Source: an uncultured Candidatus Saccharibacteria bacterium (lineage in GTDB: Bacteria; Patescibacteriota; Minisyncoccia; UBA6257; 2-01-FULL-56-20). Taken from it: a stretch of 64,000 nucleotides of DNA. Every line of letters starts with the position of its first letter. Within the stretch, counting starts at the first letter, position 1. The translations under genes and the position numbers were made by a program. The notes beneath the pieces were generated by a model. It was not told the DNA's origin. It did no database searches and saw only the letters and a program-made list of their open reading frames with translations. The DNA lies in contig CAZYEL010000004.1 of the NCBI GenBank assembly GCA_964646415.1, positions 539-64,538 of the forward strand. Reading direction: 5' to 3'. Shown here piece after piece: positions 29,169 to 38,855 of the stretch.

Positions 29169-29206
29169 ACAACATTCTCACATTCTCGAGAATGTGAGAA
29201 TGTTGT
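29169..29206. repeat. 38-bp perfect palindrome (REP-like)
   Basis: ACAACATTCTCACATTCTC|GAGAATGTGAGAATGTTGT. Confidence 0.85.
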
Positions 29207-29215
29207 GCGGAAGGT

Positions 29216-29923
29216 TTAGACTGCCATCTCCGGATTTTCCTTTTCGAGCACCTCGTACGCACATTGTCCGCCGCAATACTGCTCCACCAGTTCTTTTAAC
29301 TCCTTCGCCGCCGCATCAACCTCCCCTCTTCCCACCGGCGGGAGCCCTTCAATCACGAGCACCGCGTTTTTCGTGGATTCGGTGAGTTTCGTCCGCGCGG
29401 CTTCACGCCAATTCCACCGGCGGCAGAGCGCACCGACCTCGTCCTTGTAAATCACCTCGCCCGCATGCGGCGTGCGCGGCTCCTTGTCGCCCAAAAGCAG
29501 CGCGGGCGGCTCATTCGCTCCTGCGAAGGTGAGCACCACGTCGCCCCTCATGGCATTGATATCCTCCCCACCCACGGGCAGCATGTGCTTCAGGGAAATA
29601 AAGTTGTAAACATCCACCAGATTGTTGATGTGCCGCAGGTTCCCGCCGCCCAGCACAAGCCGGTATAAGTTCTCCACCGATGACTCATGCTCCTTCGGTT
29701 TTGCGCCGAATGCCGCGTATGCCTTTCGCCACACGTCAATTTTCGGGTCTTGCGGCAGCGCTTCCGCCTGGTAACTCGCGCGAATTCGTTCCTCCTCGCC
29801 CCGCAACTTCCCCTCCACCTCCGCAAGCGCACCGCCGGCATTATTCACCTCTTTCGCCACGACCACGCCGATGTGTAGTCCTTGAAATTTCTCAAAAACT
29901 TTATTACCTATGGATAGTTTCAT
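29216..29923 (-). CDS. B3/B4 domain protein (PheRS-beta editing-like)
   Basis: WRKAYAAFG, SSVENL, INNLVDVYN, CRRWNWRE. Confidence 0.88.
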   Translation of the reverse strand: MKLSIGNKVFEKFQGLHIGVVVAKEVNNAGGALAEVEGKLRGEEERIRASYQAEALPQDPKIDVWRKAYAAFGAKPKEHESSVENLYRLVLGGGNLRHINNLVDVYNFISLKHMLPVGGEDINAMRGDVVLTFAGANEPPALLLGDKEPRTPHAGEVIYKDEVGALCRRWNWREAARTKLTESTKNAVLVIEGLPPVGRGEVDAAAKELKELVEQYCGGQCAYEVLEKENPEMAV

Positions 29924-29984
29924 ATAAAAGTTAGATGAGTTTACTTTAGTTAGATAAAGTCAACGAATATAATTCTTAATAATG

Positions 29985-30260
29985 CTACGCACGCGTTATA
30001 AAAATAGAGAGTGCCTTCCCAAAACTTTCCCCATTAAAATATATCTCTTCCACCACATGACTTATATACATCCCCAACCCTATGGAAAGAATTGTTGAAT
30101 TCCCCATAAACAACCCGAGTAACACCGAAAACACAGCAGTCACGCTATGGTGAATCTGCCATCCGAAAATCATAAGCGGTCTGCCGGAGAAACCGTTGTA
30201 CCAAAGAAAGAACAGGAACGTGGCGACTGCCGTAGTTACTATTATGGAGAGAACCTGCAT
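29985..30260 (-). CDS. Small membrane protein
   Basis: 91 aa hydrophobic ORF with GWQIHHS; AT-rich. Confidence 0.55.
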   Translation of the reverse strand: MQVLSIIVTTAVATFLFFLWYNGFSGRPLMIFGWQIHHSVTAVFSVLLGLFMGNSTILSIGLGMYISHVVEEIYFNGESFGKALSIFITRA

Positions 30261-30276
30261 TGGAGCGTGTGCTAGT

Positions 30277-31140
30277 TTACAGCTTTCCTTCCTTAACCAA
30301 CTCCACGGCTGACTTTCCCTTCTGTACCTTCAAAACGGCTTCGGGCAAATCACGGAGCGCATCTTTGATTCTCTCTACTTGCTTAGGGGTAGTGTTCTTT
30401 GGAATATCGTTCACCGCAAAATATCCGAACTTATCCATCTCATTGCTTATCGCGATCTCCCCGCCAACTATTTTGCAAATGAAGGAGAACTGAACGGCAT
30501 TATCTTCCGGCTTGCCGTACACTCCCGCGAACTTCACTACTTCGACATCCAGCCCGGTTTCTTCCTTCGCTTCCCTCTTCACGCAGTCCCACGGCGCTTC
30601 TCCCTGTTCCATCCCGCCGCCCGGCAGATTCCACAAATCATAATCCCGCCGATGGCAGAGCAAGACTTTTTTGTTTTCGTCGAGAATTATCCCGAACGCA
30701 GCGACTTCAAATTGAGCTCTCACGGTTCTATTCTTAAGGAGCCGTGCGAGCGAATACTTGCCGGAACCGAATGCCACGAGCGCAAGCGCGGAGGAGAAGA
30801 GCACGAATACATACTCATACCCGCCGTTCGCGAGACTGAAGCCGTTCGCCGCATGCACTTTCCAAAACGCCACAAACATGATGACCGCGAGAATTATTCC
30901 CGCGTACCGCACGAAAATCCCAAGAATCATCGCGATGCCCCCAAGAAACTCCGCGTACGCCACCACGTATGCAAGCCACGCAGGAAACCCCATTGACGCG
31001 AAACCAGTCACCACCATATTCATATCGCCGAGCTTCAGCCACCCGGCGTGCATGAATACCGCGCCCAGCGCAATACGGACAAAGAAAACTCCCAAATCGG
31101 GATTATGCAAACGATGCAACGCCCCGTGAACAGTGTTCAT
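30277..31140 (-). CDS. DoxX membrane protein fused in frame to a NUDIX hydrolase
   Basis: DoxX part (GWLKL, AEFLGG, GGYEY, GSGKYSL), then Nudix box GGMEQGEAPWDCVKREAKEETG. Confidence 0.8.
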   Translation of the reverse strand: MNTVHGALHRLHNPDLGVFFVRIALGAVFMHAGWLKLGDMNMVVTGFASMGFPAWLAYVVAYAEFLGGIAMILGIFVRYAGIILAVIMFVAFWKVHAANGFSLANGGYEYVFVLFSSALALVAFGSGKYSLARLLKNRTVRAQFEVAAFGIILDENKKVLLCHRRDYDLWNLPGGGMEQGEAPWDCVKREAKEETGLDVEVVKFAGVYGKPEDNAVQFSFICKIVGGEIAISNEMDKFGYFAVNDIPKNTTPKQVERIKDALRDLPEAVLKVQKGKSAVELVKEGKL

Positions 31141-31171
31141 GTGGACCCAATAATTATTTTTTGCGCCCCCG

Positions 31172-32215
31172 TTATTTTACCATGCCCCCTTTTCTGCCGG
31201 AAACTTTCCCTCCGGACTTTCTCTGCGCGGGAATAAACGTTCCCTCAAACGCCCATTTCGTGCATTGCTTAACCTCCTGTTGTGTCATAATGCCCTCCGC
31301 GAGGAGAAATTCCTCTTCCTTCACCACGCTCGTGCGATACATCTCGGGTCCGTCGGTATTGATGGTTATGCGCACGCCGTTATCAAGGAACGTGCGGATA
31401 ATCGCGCGCAATTCGTCCACGCTTTTCAAAATGTTGTTGCGCAGGTTTGAAGTGGGGCACAATTCGAGAATGATTCCCTGCTTCGCGATTTCTTTGAGGA
31501 GCTTCTTGTCGCGCGCCGCCGCAAGCCCGTGCCCGATGCGCTGGGGCCGGATTTTTTGCACCACGTATCTTAGCTCTTCAAGGTCACCGGTTTCCCCCGC
31601 GTGCACGGTAAGTCCCAATCCCGCTTTGCGTGCCCGCAAAAAAAGCGGCGCATGCGCCGCCATGGAAAACGTGCGGTGGTCGGGTCCCGCGACATCAACC
31701 CCCACGATGCCGTCGTCGTGATAGCGAATCGCCTTCTCGAGCGTAATCGCATTCTGGGCGGGAGTAAACGTCCGGTCGAGGCACACGATAAGCCCGGCGC
31801 TTACCTGGGGATACTCCACCATCGCGCGCCGCATCCCCCAGAGCGCGGCAAGAATGATGAAATCAAGGTCACGCTCCCCCGTGCGGTTCCGCTTCATCGG
31901 GCTGAACCGCAACTCCTGGAGCACCAGGTTGCACTTGCGATAGCCGCCGCCGATCACCGAATGCACCGCCTCCTCCATCGCTTCGGGAGACGACTGGATA
32001 AGTTCGGTGAGGTGATAGTACTTCTTGTCCATCTCCTCCACGCCCCTATTTTTTTCGCTCGAGGACATCGTAATCATCTCCTCGAAATCCCAGTAGTCCT
32101 TCACGGGGAGGCGTATCCCCTGCCGGTGCGCAATCGTCCACATGATGACGGGGTCCACCGCCGCACCAAGATGGGTGTGAAGCTCCGCACGCGGCGTCAT
32201 GGTTCGTTGCGTCAT
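31172..32215 (-). CDS. Adenosine/adenine deaminase family
   Basis: ELHTHLG, TVHAGE, RIGHG, ELCPTSN, INTDGP. Confidence 0.88.
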   Translation of the reverse strand: MTQRTMTPRAELHTHLGAAVDPVIMWTIAHRQGIRLPVKDYWDFEEMITMSSSEKNRGVEEMDKKYYHLTELIQSSPEAMEEAVHSVIGGGYRKCNLVLQELRFSPMKRNRTGERDLDFIILAALWGMRRAMVEYPQVSAGLIVCLDRTFTPAQNAITLEKAIRYHDDGIVGVDVAGPDHRTFSMAAHAPLFLRARKAGLGLTVHAGETGDLEELRYVVQKIRPQRIGHGLAAARDKKLLKEIAKQGIILELCPTSNLRNNILKSVDELRAIIRTFLDNGVRITINTDGPEMYRTSVVKEEEFLLAEGIMTQQEVKQCTKWAFEGTFIPAQRKSGGKVSGRKGGMVK

Positions 32216-32300
32216 AGGTCTTATATTGGGAGCAATTATAGACGATACGCGCGGGGCCGCAAGAACGTGCTCTGTGCAAATAATCGCCAGCCCTTCCCAT

Positions 32301-32957
32301 CTAGCTTATCTGCTTTTTGTGCAAATCCGAAAACAAAGAAACGGTTCTGCTGAAGTCCTTTTCGGCGACTATGAAAATCAATTCGGTGTACGTTGAAACT
32401 ATTTCGGCAATGTTAATGCGGGCACGGGCGATTACCGAGACAAGAGAAAACAAGGTATTGGGTATGGTGAAATGTTTCGGGTCGAATGAAATCCCGACGG
32501 CGGCAAGATTGTGCGCGACAAATTTCGGCTTTACGCCGAAATGTTTCAATACTTTGTTCGCCATGCCGGATGAGCACACCACGCTCAATTCGGTGGTGCT
32601 TACGGTCGTGGTGAAAAAGTCCTCGCGGGCGATGGATATTTTTTTATGAAAGGATTCAAGCTTGTCGATTGACATGTTCGCATTTTCATAGATTATTTCC
32701 GAAAGCGGGAGCTTGGTAGTGATGTTTGTTATGGCGACTTCTTGTATGAGCGGTTTTTCTTTTTTGAACTCCTTCCGGAGACGCGAAAGAGAAACCACCA
32801 AGCCGTTCACGGTTACTTGTTTTTTGGCGAGCGCCTCCACGGCGGGACGTATGCGGGACGCATAGCCGCTCATGTTCATATAGCCGTTGGTAAGCGCGAT
32901 ATAGGCCTCTATTTCCCCCATCACAATATCCCGCACAATCGGTTGTATTTTTATCAT
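32301..32957 (-). CDS. ACT-domain putative transcriptional regulator
   Basis: N-terminal helical domain (GYMNMSGYA...LSRL) and C-terminal ACT (INIAEIVSTYTEL). Confidence 0.7.
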   Translation of the reverse strand: MIKIQPIVRDIVMGEIEAYIALTNGYMNMSGYASRIRPAVEALAKKQVTVNGLVVSLSRLRKEFKKEKPLIQEVAITNITTKLPLSEIIYENANMSIDKLESFHKKISIAREDFFTTTVSTTELSVVCSSGMANKVLKHFGVKPKFVAHNLAAVGISFDPKHFTIPNTLFSLVSVIARARINIAEIVSTYTELIFIVAEKDFSRTVSLFSDLHKKQIS

Positions 32958-33094
32958 ATTCGGTATTCTAACAAATATTACAAAAAGTGCAATCCTTGTT
33001 GTAAATGTTGAAAAACTTAACTTCTTAAAACGGAACTGCTAGGTTTGAGGCACGTTGCGAACACTCGCAACCGTAACCAGTCCCTTTAAAACAA

Positions 33095-34015
33095 ATGAAC
33101 ACTCCAAGTATCGGGTCGGTCGGCCTCACGGTCGACGCCGGCAACAAGCGCGTAAAAGTCTTGCGCACGGAAGTCTTTACTTCGATAGAAGAGGCGAAAG
33201 CCGCTTTGATTGAAGGCGTCGCCGGAAGCTGCGACGCAAAAAGACTTCTCTCGGGGAAAACCGCGCGCTTCACCGCGCGGGTAATCGGAAGTAATCTGGG
33301 CACCATTACCCCATTCCCTCTCCCCGGCGGCATAGCCGTCCAAGAAGAAGCGCGCATTCGTACCGCTTCGGGTCTGGACGTGGTCTACGTGGGCGGCAAC
33401 GCACGCGAACGACTGAACGCACAGGGCTTAGCCGAAGAACAACAGCTCTCGGCGGAAGCCACGCGCTGGCATCCGCAATCGGCGGCGGCCTTCACTCATC
33501 CGGAAGAGGCGACTTTCGAGCGGCTCACCTCCTCCGTATCAGACGCCGACGTGGCGGAACTGGTTGCAATGTACCACCTCTGCTTTACCTCATACCTCGT
33601 CCCCCTTGATGAGGCACTCGTACGGGGTGCGGCGGCGAATTCAATCTTCTTCGTTGCGCGCAACGGGGATGGCCGCATCATTGCTTCGGCAATCGGCGAA
33701 TCCCTCCGGGTCGGGCCGCTCACGCTGCTTGAAGTTTCGGAAGAAGCTGCGCACCCGAAGTTGAGAATCAGGGGCGCAGCCTCCGGGTGCGCCAGGATGG
33801 TAATCGCCGAAGGGAGACAGTCCCTTGAACCTCCCGTAGTGGCATTCTGGGAGGCGAGAATGTGGCGGAACATTCTCGGCATGGGGCAGGCCGTTGGCCT
33901 AACCAAACTGGGCGGCGTTCTCCACCAGCACTGCACAATCGCTTCCCCCCCGGAGTTCACAAGTCTGTCGAACAAAGGCGAGTTTGGCAGTCTCGCGGTG
34001 TTTTATGCGCCGTAG
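33095..34015 (+). CDS. GNAT-like protein resembling beta-lysine N-acetyltransferase
   Basis: DAGNKRVKV N-terminus; ELVAMYHLCFTSY, EAAHPKLRIRG GNAT-like region. Confidence 0.5.
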   Translation: MNTPSIGSVGLTVDAGNKRVKVLRTEVFTSIEEAKAALIEGVAGSCDAKRLLSGKTARFTARVIGSNLGTITPFPLPGGIAVQEEARIRTASGLDVVYVGGNARERLNAQGLAEEQQLSAEATRWHPQSAAAFTHPEEATFERLTSSVSDADVAELVAMYHLCFTSYLVPLDEALVRGAAANSIFFVARNGDGRIIASAIGESLRVGPLTLLEVSEEAAHPKLRIRGAASGCARMVIAEGRQSLEPPVVAFWEARMWRNILGMGQAVGLTKLGGVLHQHCTIASPPEFTSLSNKGEFGSLAVFYAP

Positions 34016-34093
34016 TCAATGATTTGATGGAGTCGGCCGGGTACCAACTCGTGCCGACTCCACAATCAAAAACCATGAAATATAATTAAAACA

Positions 34094-34804
34094 ATGACGA
34101 TAGGCTCAATAAGAAAATATGCAAATTCGGTAAGAGAGGTCCTTGCGGGATATAAAGACATGGGCGCGGTCATTCCGGCGCATTTTTTGAAAACGTCTCC
34201 GTATATTTTTGATTTCAGCGGGAAGAATAAAAAGCTCACGGCGCTTGATTTGAATAACGCCGAAGAATTTATCGGCTACATAACCGCCACGCTCAAAAAC
34301 AACCGATGCATTTTCGGCGTTGGAGGGTATGGCGAAAAGAGAATCATCTACCGTCGCAGCAATTTGTTCGAAAGCGACGCGGAGCCCCGTTCGATACACT
34401 TGGGAGTTGATGTGTGGATGCCCGCAAAAACCCCCGTGTATTCCCCGCTGCCGGGGGTGCTCCATAGTTTCAAAGACAATAATAATTTCGGCGACTACGG
34501 TCCGACGATTATTCTCCGGCATTCCCTGCGGGGAATCACGTTTTTCACTCTCTATGGACATTTGAGCAGGCTCTCACTAAAAAATCTCAAAGAGGGAATG
34601 AAAATAAAAAAAGGGCATCGGATAGCGGCTCTGGGAAACTATAACGAAAACGGCCAATGGCCGCCGCATCTGCATTTTCAATTGATTTCCGATTTGCTCG
34701 GCAAAAAAGGAGATTTCCCGGGGGTAGCGAGCGTGTCCGAAAAAAAATACTATTTAACCCTTTGCCCGGACCCCGATGTAATTCTAAGGGTCAATAAGGT
34801 ATAG
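34094..34804 (+). CDS. M23-family peptidase
   Basis: HLGVD, YGP, LYGHL, PHLHFQ. Confidence 0.88.
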   Translation: MTIGSIRKYANSVREVLAGYKDMGAVIPAHFLKTSPYIFDFSGKNKKLTALDLNNAEEFIGYITATLKNNRCIFGVGGYGEKRIIYRRSNLFESDAEPRSIHLGVDVWMPAKTPVYSPLPGVLHSFKDNNNFGDYGPTIILRHSLRGITFFTLYGHLSRLSLKNLKEGMKIKKGHRIAALGNYNENGQWPPHLHFQLISDLLGKKGDFPGVASVSEKKYYLTLCPDPDVILRVNKV

Positions 34805-34811
34805 TGTCCGC

Positions 34812-35546
34812 ATGTTTCGCAAACGCACACAACCCGCAAAAGCCCCCGCGCAGGGGCCGGTGGAGCCCCGTTTCCCCATGCGCATCAACAAATACCTTGC
34901 CTGGAAAAATTACGGTACGCGGCGCGAGGGAGATTCCCTCGTCCAAGAAGGGCGAGTCCTCCTGAACGGCAGACGCGCAGAGCTCGGGGACAAAGTGTAT
35001 GAAAAGGATAACGTGGAAGTGCGCTTCCACCCGAAAAAGTACCGCTACGTCGCCTGGAACAAACCGCGCAGCACGTTCAGCTCTTCGATGGAAGAAGAGG
35101 GTGATGAGCAGTCCCCCATCCCGGGGCTCTTCCCGGTGGGGCAGCTCGACAAGTATTCGCGCGGGCTTGTGATTTTAACCGACGACGGCCGGATTACCGC
35201 GCGGCTTCTGAACACCTCCTATGCGGCGGAAAAGGAGTATGTCGTCACGACCAAAGAAACAATCTCGCCGAGCTTCAAGAAAAGAATGGAGCAGGGCGTG
35301 AATATCGAAGGATACATGACGCAGCCCTGCCGCGTGGAATTGCTTGAGGGGAACCGGTTTTCAATCGTGCTCACCGAAGACAAGAAGCATCAACTGCGGC
35401 GGATGTGCGCCGCGCTCGACCACACGACCGACACCATTGAGCGCCGCCGCATCGCAAACATTGAGCTCTCCGGCATTCCCTCGGGCGAGCACCGCGCAAT
35501 CGAAGGAACAGAACTTGAAACTTTCCTCAAAGCGCTGGGGATGTAG
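34812..35546 (+). CDS. Pseudouridine synthase (RsuA/RluF family)
   Basis: S4 domain MRINKYLA, NKP, GQLDKYSRGL, EKEYVV, QLRRM. Confidence 0.9.
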   Translation: MFRKRTQPAKAPAQGPVEPRFPMRINKYLAWKNYGTRREGDSLVQEGRVLLNGRRAELGDKVYEKDNVEVRFHPKKYRYVAWNKPRSTFSSSMEEEGDEQSPIPGLFPVGQLDKYSRGLVILTDDGRITARLLNTSYAAEKEYVVTTKETISPSFKKRMEQGVNIEGYMTQPCRVELLEGNRFSIVLTEDKKHQLRRMCAALDHTTDTIERRRIANIELSGIPSGEHRAIEGTELETFLKALGM

Positions 35547-35567
35547 GAAAATTTCTTTGTGCGGAAA

Positions 35568-35878
35568 CTAGCGGGTCGCACTCGCCACCTCCGCATCAAC
35601 CATCAGCACATATGAGGGCGTTGTAGCAAACGGTTTGTGCTTCACTCCTTTCGGAACCGTATACCCCTCGCCCTCTTGAAGCTCAATATTCCCCTTCTCT
35701 GTCCATATGGTAATCGCACCGCGATATACCAAAAGAATTCGTCGTACTCGTGCGAATGCTCGTGGTATTCGCCGTGGAACATTGCAATCCATAACACCTT
35801 GTCGTCGAAGGCGTCTAATGCCACGGGAGTCCACGGCTTCGTGATGGTTTTTATTACGGACTCGAGGTTGAATTTCAT
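35568..35878 (-). pseudogene. Cupin-domain protein, frameshifted
   Basis: GEYHEHSHEYDEFF continues as LVYRG...VPKGVKHKP in another frame; shift at a T4 run (35731-35734). Confidence 0.75.
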
Positions 35879-35933
35879 GTCGTAGTACTTATCTTCACTC
35901 TCACTTTCTACGTCATCATCATGGAATTCTCCA

Positions 35934-36401
35934 CTACGGCAATTGGATTTCGACTCTCTTATCAAGGTGAACTCCGTTGGATTCTTCGGAGTCGTTCATC
36001 CAAGCCTTCAAAGGCTTAGCTTTGTAAATCCTGCGCGGCGAATCGCCTGTAAATTGAGCGGCATCGCGTGGCGGCTTACTCTTGCGCGAGTAAAGGAGGC
36101 CAATCGCGTGACGCATTTCCGCCTCATCCTTTACTTCTTCGGCGCGCGCCTGGATATACACTCCTTCGCCGGTTCCTTCGGGAACCGTGGAGTCGTAAAT
36201 CACAAGAAAGACTTCCGGGTGCGCGGCTATGTTCTTCGTATGCTGCGTTGTTACGGGAGAAACCCAGTAGAACGTATAGTTTTTCTTGTCATACGCTGAA
36301 TACACCGGACTGCTCCAAGGCTTACCGTCGGGCGTTACGCTCGCGATAGTGATATAGAGTATCTTCTCTATGATTTCCTTTGCTCGCTTCGTGAAGTCCA
36401 T
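35934..36401 (-). CDS. Pyridoxamine 5'-phosphate oxidase-like FMN-binding protein
   Basis: IASVTPDGKPWSSPV, HTKNIAAHPEV, GVYIQ. Confidence 0.8.
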   Translation of the reverse strand: MDFTKRAKEIIEKILYITIASVTPDGKPWSSPVYSAYDKKNYTFYWVSPVTTQHTKNIAAHPEVFLVIYDSTVPEGTGEGVYIQARAEEVKDEAEMRHAIGLLYSRKSKPPRDAAQFTGDSPRRIYKAKPLKAWMNDSEESNGVHLDKRVEIQLP

Positions 36402-36635
36402 ATCGTCAAATCAATTTAATTGGGCCGAAACTCATGTAAATATGATACCTTATTTCTCCGCCAGCTTCTCTACGAAAACCCGAATCATATTTCCAATATT
36501 CCCGGCTAGCCCGACACGTACAGGGTGAAAGTTGTGGCAATTGCTCCGTTTGAGTATACTGATGGACGGCAAAAACGCAGCAGTTCCTTGGCATATTGTT
36601 TCAAAGGTTGTCAAAGGCCGAAATTTACTTTTACT

Positions 36636-37304
36636 ATGAAAAAAATCATTGTATGCCTCGCCATTCTCATACTGGGAATTGGCATGCGGAGCGGGGCGGT
36701 GCACGCAGAAACGGTTGCGTTGGGCGCGAAGCCATTGAGCGCCGCGGAAATCGCCGTGATACAGGCGAAAATAAACTCGCTCAAAGCGGCGGCGGTGGAG
36801 CTTCAGGAACAGATAGCCGCGAGGCAGAGCTTGCAACACGCGCTCGACCTTGCAGCTGCGCTTGTAGTTCAAGTGAGGGGCAAGCTTACGTATTCGAGCG
36901 TGACGCCCCGCGAGAAAGCGGTGATGCGAGTGAATCTTACGGGAATCTCCGGTCGCCTTCTTGTAATACGAGACTCCCTGAACACTCCTCCGTTAGAGAA
37001 GACGATTGCCGTTGCGCGTCCGTCGCCCAAAGCACCCATGCAACCGGTGGTGGCGGAGAAACCGAAAGAAGTGGAGCAACCGGAAAAGCCCGCGGTAGCC
37101 GCGGTAGTCCCGCCGAGTACGTCCGCCAAAGAGACCAAAGAAGCGGGGACGTCGGCGGAGAAGGAGGAACAAACCGCCTCGCTTGCGGAAAATTCCAAAG
37201 GCTGGTACCCGTTCGCCGCGGTGCTCGTCCTTGCCGGATTTGCCGCCTTCGTGTGGTGGCTCCGCAGAGAGAAGGAAGAAGTCCCCGTCCTGCCGCAGTC
37301 CTAA
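36636..37304 (+). CDS. Secreted/surface protein with C-terminal membrane anchor
   Basis: Signal peptide, coiled coil, Pro/Glu/Lys linker, TM helix followed by RREK. Confidence 0.65.
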   Translation: MKKIIVCLAILILGIGMRSGAVHAETVALGAKPLSAAEIAVIQAKINSLKAAAVELQEQIAARQSLQHALDLAAALVVQVRGKLTYSSVTPREKAVMRVNLTGISGRLLVIRDSLNTPPLEKTIAVARPSPKAPMQPVVAEKPKEVEQPEKPAVAAVVPPSTSAKETKEAGTSAEKEEQTASLAENSKGWYPFAAVLVLAGFAAFVWWLRREKEEVPVLPQS

Positions 37305-37307
37305 CTC

Positions 37308-37337
37308 AAAATCCCCCGCGCAGGGGGATTTTGATTT
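37308..37337. terminator. Bidirectional terminator-like hairpin
   Basis: AAAATCCCCC-GCGCA-GGGGGATTTT between convergent genes. Confidence 0.7.
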
Positions 37338-37398
37338 CTAGGGAACGAATTGAATTGGACCGAGGCGATAGAGCTACATACGAGCATTATACCGACCT

Positions 37399-38428
37399 TC
37401 ACGCCTTTGAGACAGACTCAAAATACGCCGTGAGGCGCGCCATGCCTTCCACGATATCCTGCTCCGCTCTTCCGAAGCAAATCCGTATATGCCCCTCTCC
37501 GCCCGGACCGAACGTACTCCCCGGAACCGTCGCAACCTTATTCCGCCGCAGAATGTCGAAGCAAAGAACTTCGCTCTCCCCTGCACTTTTCACTTTGGGA
37601 AAGAAGTAATAACTCCCCTCCGGCCACGTAAAGCTCATATGGTTTTTGAACGACTCAAGGCACTTGCCCATCAACGCGCGATGCCGCGCGTACTGCGGAA
37701 AAACGTCCGGCAGAATCCGGTCTTCGAACTTCAGCGCCGCGAGCGCCGCATACTGCGAAATCACCGGCGCGCAATTCACAACGTTGATTAAGTTTTTCCG
37801 GAAACGCGGGTCGTCCGCCAATTGATACGGCTTCTCCGGACCGTAGTAAAAGTTCCGGTAGACGTCGTCCGAGATGATGAGGAGATTCCGCCGGAGCGCC
37901 AGCTCCCCTATCGCTTCGAGTTCCGCGCGGGTGAACACCATCCCCGTGGGATTATGGGGATTGCAGAGAAGGATAGCGCGGGTGGCACCGGTGATTTTCC
38001 TCTCCAAACTTTGGAGATTCGGACGCCACCCCCGCGCCTCCTCCAGTTCCTCGCTCACGAGCTTTGCGCCGCAAAGCTCCACCGCGCGCGAGTATGCGCT
38101 GTAATAGGGCGAGAAGGTGATTACTTCATCCCCGCGCCCGAAAAGCGCGAGGCATATCACCGACAATGCCTCCATGGCGCCCGCGGTAATAAGCACTTCG
38201 CTCTCCGACGTAAGCCCCCACTTTAAGGCGACCAGTTCCCGCAACTCCGGAATACCCGCGGAGAGCGAGTACCGGTCAACCTTTCCCTTCGACAACGCCT
38301 CAATAGCCGCTTTCCTGATGAGCGCATGGGACTCGAGATACGGTATCCCCTGCGCTAATGACACAACTCCCCCCAATCCGATGCGCTTCGTTTTCTATCC
38401 TTTTTATTGCCGACAATGTGATGCCCAT
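37399..38428 (-). pseudogene. Class I/II aminotransferase, frameshifted and lacking the PLP-lysine segment
   Basis: MGITLSAIK start is out of frame at a G6 run (38369-38374). NPHNPTG and SDDVY are present, but the SxSK...GWR segment is missing at INV|VNCAP. Confidence 0.8.
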
Positions 38429-38436
38429 TCGACAAA

Positions 38437-38650
38437 TTAAAAACACCCCGCTGTTCCGACTAAGTCAGGAACAAGGACGAGGGTGCTCGTGGTACCACCT
38501 TGCTTTCGCTCGGGCGTCTCCGCGCCGAACCTTGGGCTGACGGTTACCGCTCGGTAACGTGTATAAGCTTCCTCTTCGTAACGGCGAGGTTCCGGCACTG
38601 CTCATCGCAGGCAGCTCCTGAGTGGCTCGGGAACTCGCGTTCCCCTTATT
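38437..38650 (-). promoter_or_regulatory. T-box riboswitch leader
   Basis: AAGGTGGTACCACG T-box (38488-38501); antiterminator AAGG-TGGTACC-ACGAG-CACC-CTCGT-CCTT; competing terminator ending GCGGGGTG-TTTTT. 5' boundary approximate. Confidence 0.85.
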
Positions 38651-38773
38651 GAAACGAATGATCTCTGCCCAATCAGAAATCTCGCTTGGAAAATAGGCAT
38701 CTTTCTTGTGCCCTCTTAGAAGATTCTCGGTTCGATCCCCCGAATTTCCCCACAAGGAGGAGGCGTCCAACTC

Positions 38774-38838
38774 TTAATGCCTCCCAATCCCAATCCTCCC
38801 CCCACCTTCTTTCGCCACCATCTCCACTTCTCCGCCAA
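38774..38838 (-). repeat. Diverged duplicate of the 3' end of the S66 peptidase gene
   Basis: 53/65 nt identical to 40496-40560; encodes GGEVEMVAKEGGGRIGIGRH*. Confidence 0.88.
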
Positions 38839-38855
38839 AGTTTATAGCCGTAGAT

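Noticed and set aside
33030-33090. Riboswitch in the 5' UTR of the GNAT-like gene
   Set aside because: One hairpin only; it matches no aptamer consensus I recognise and has no expression platform
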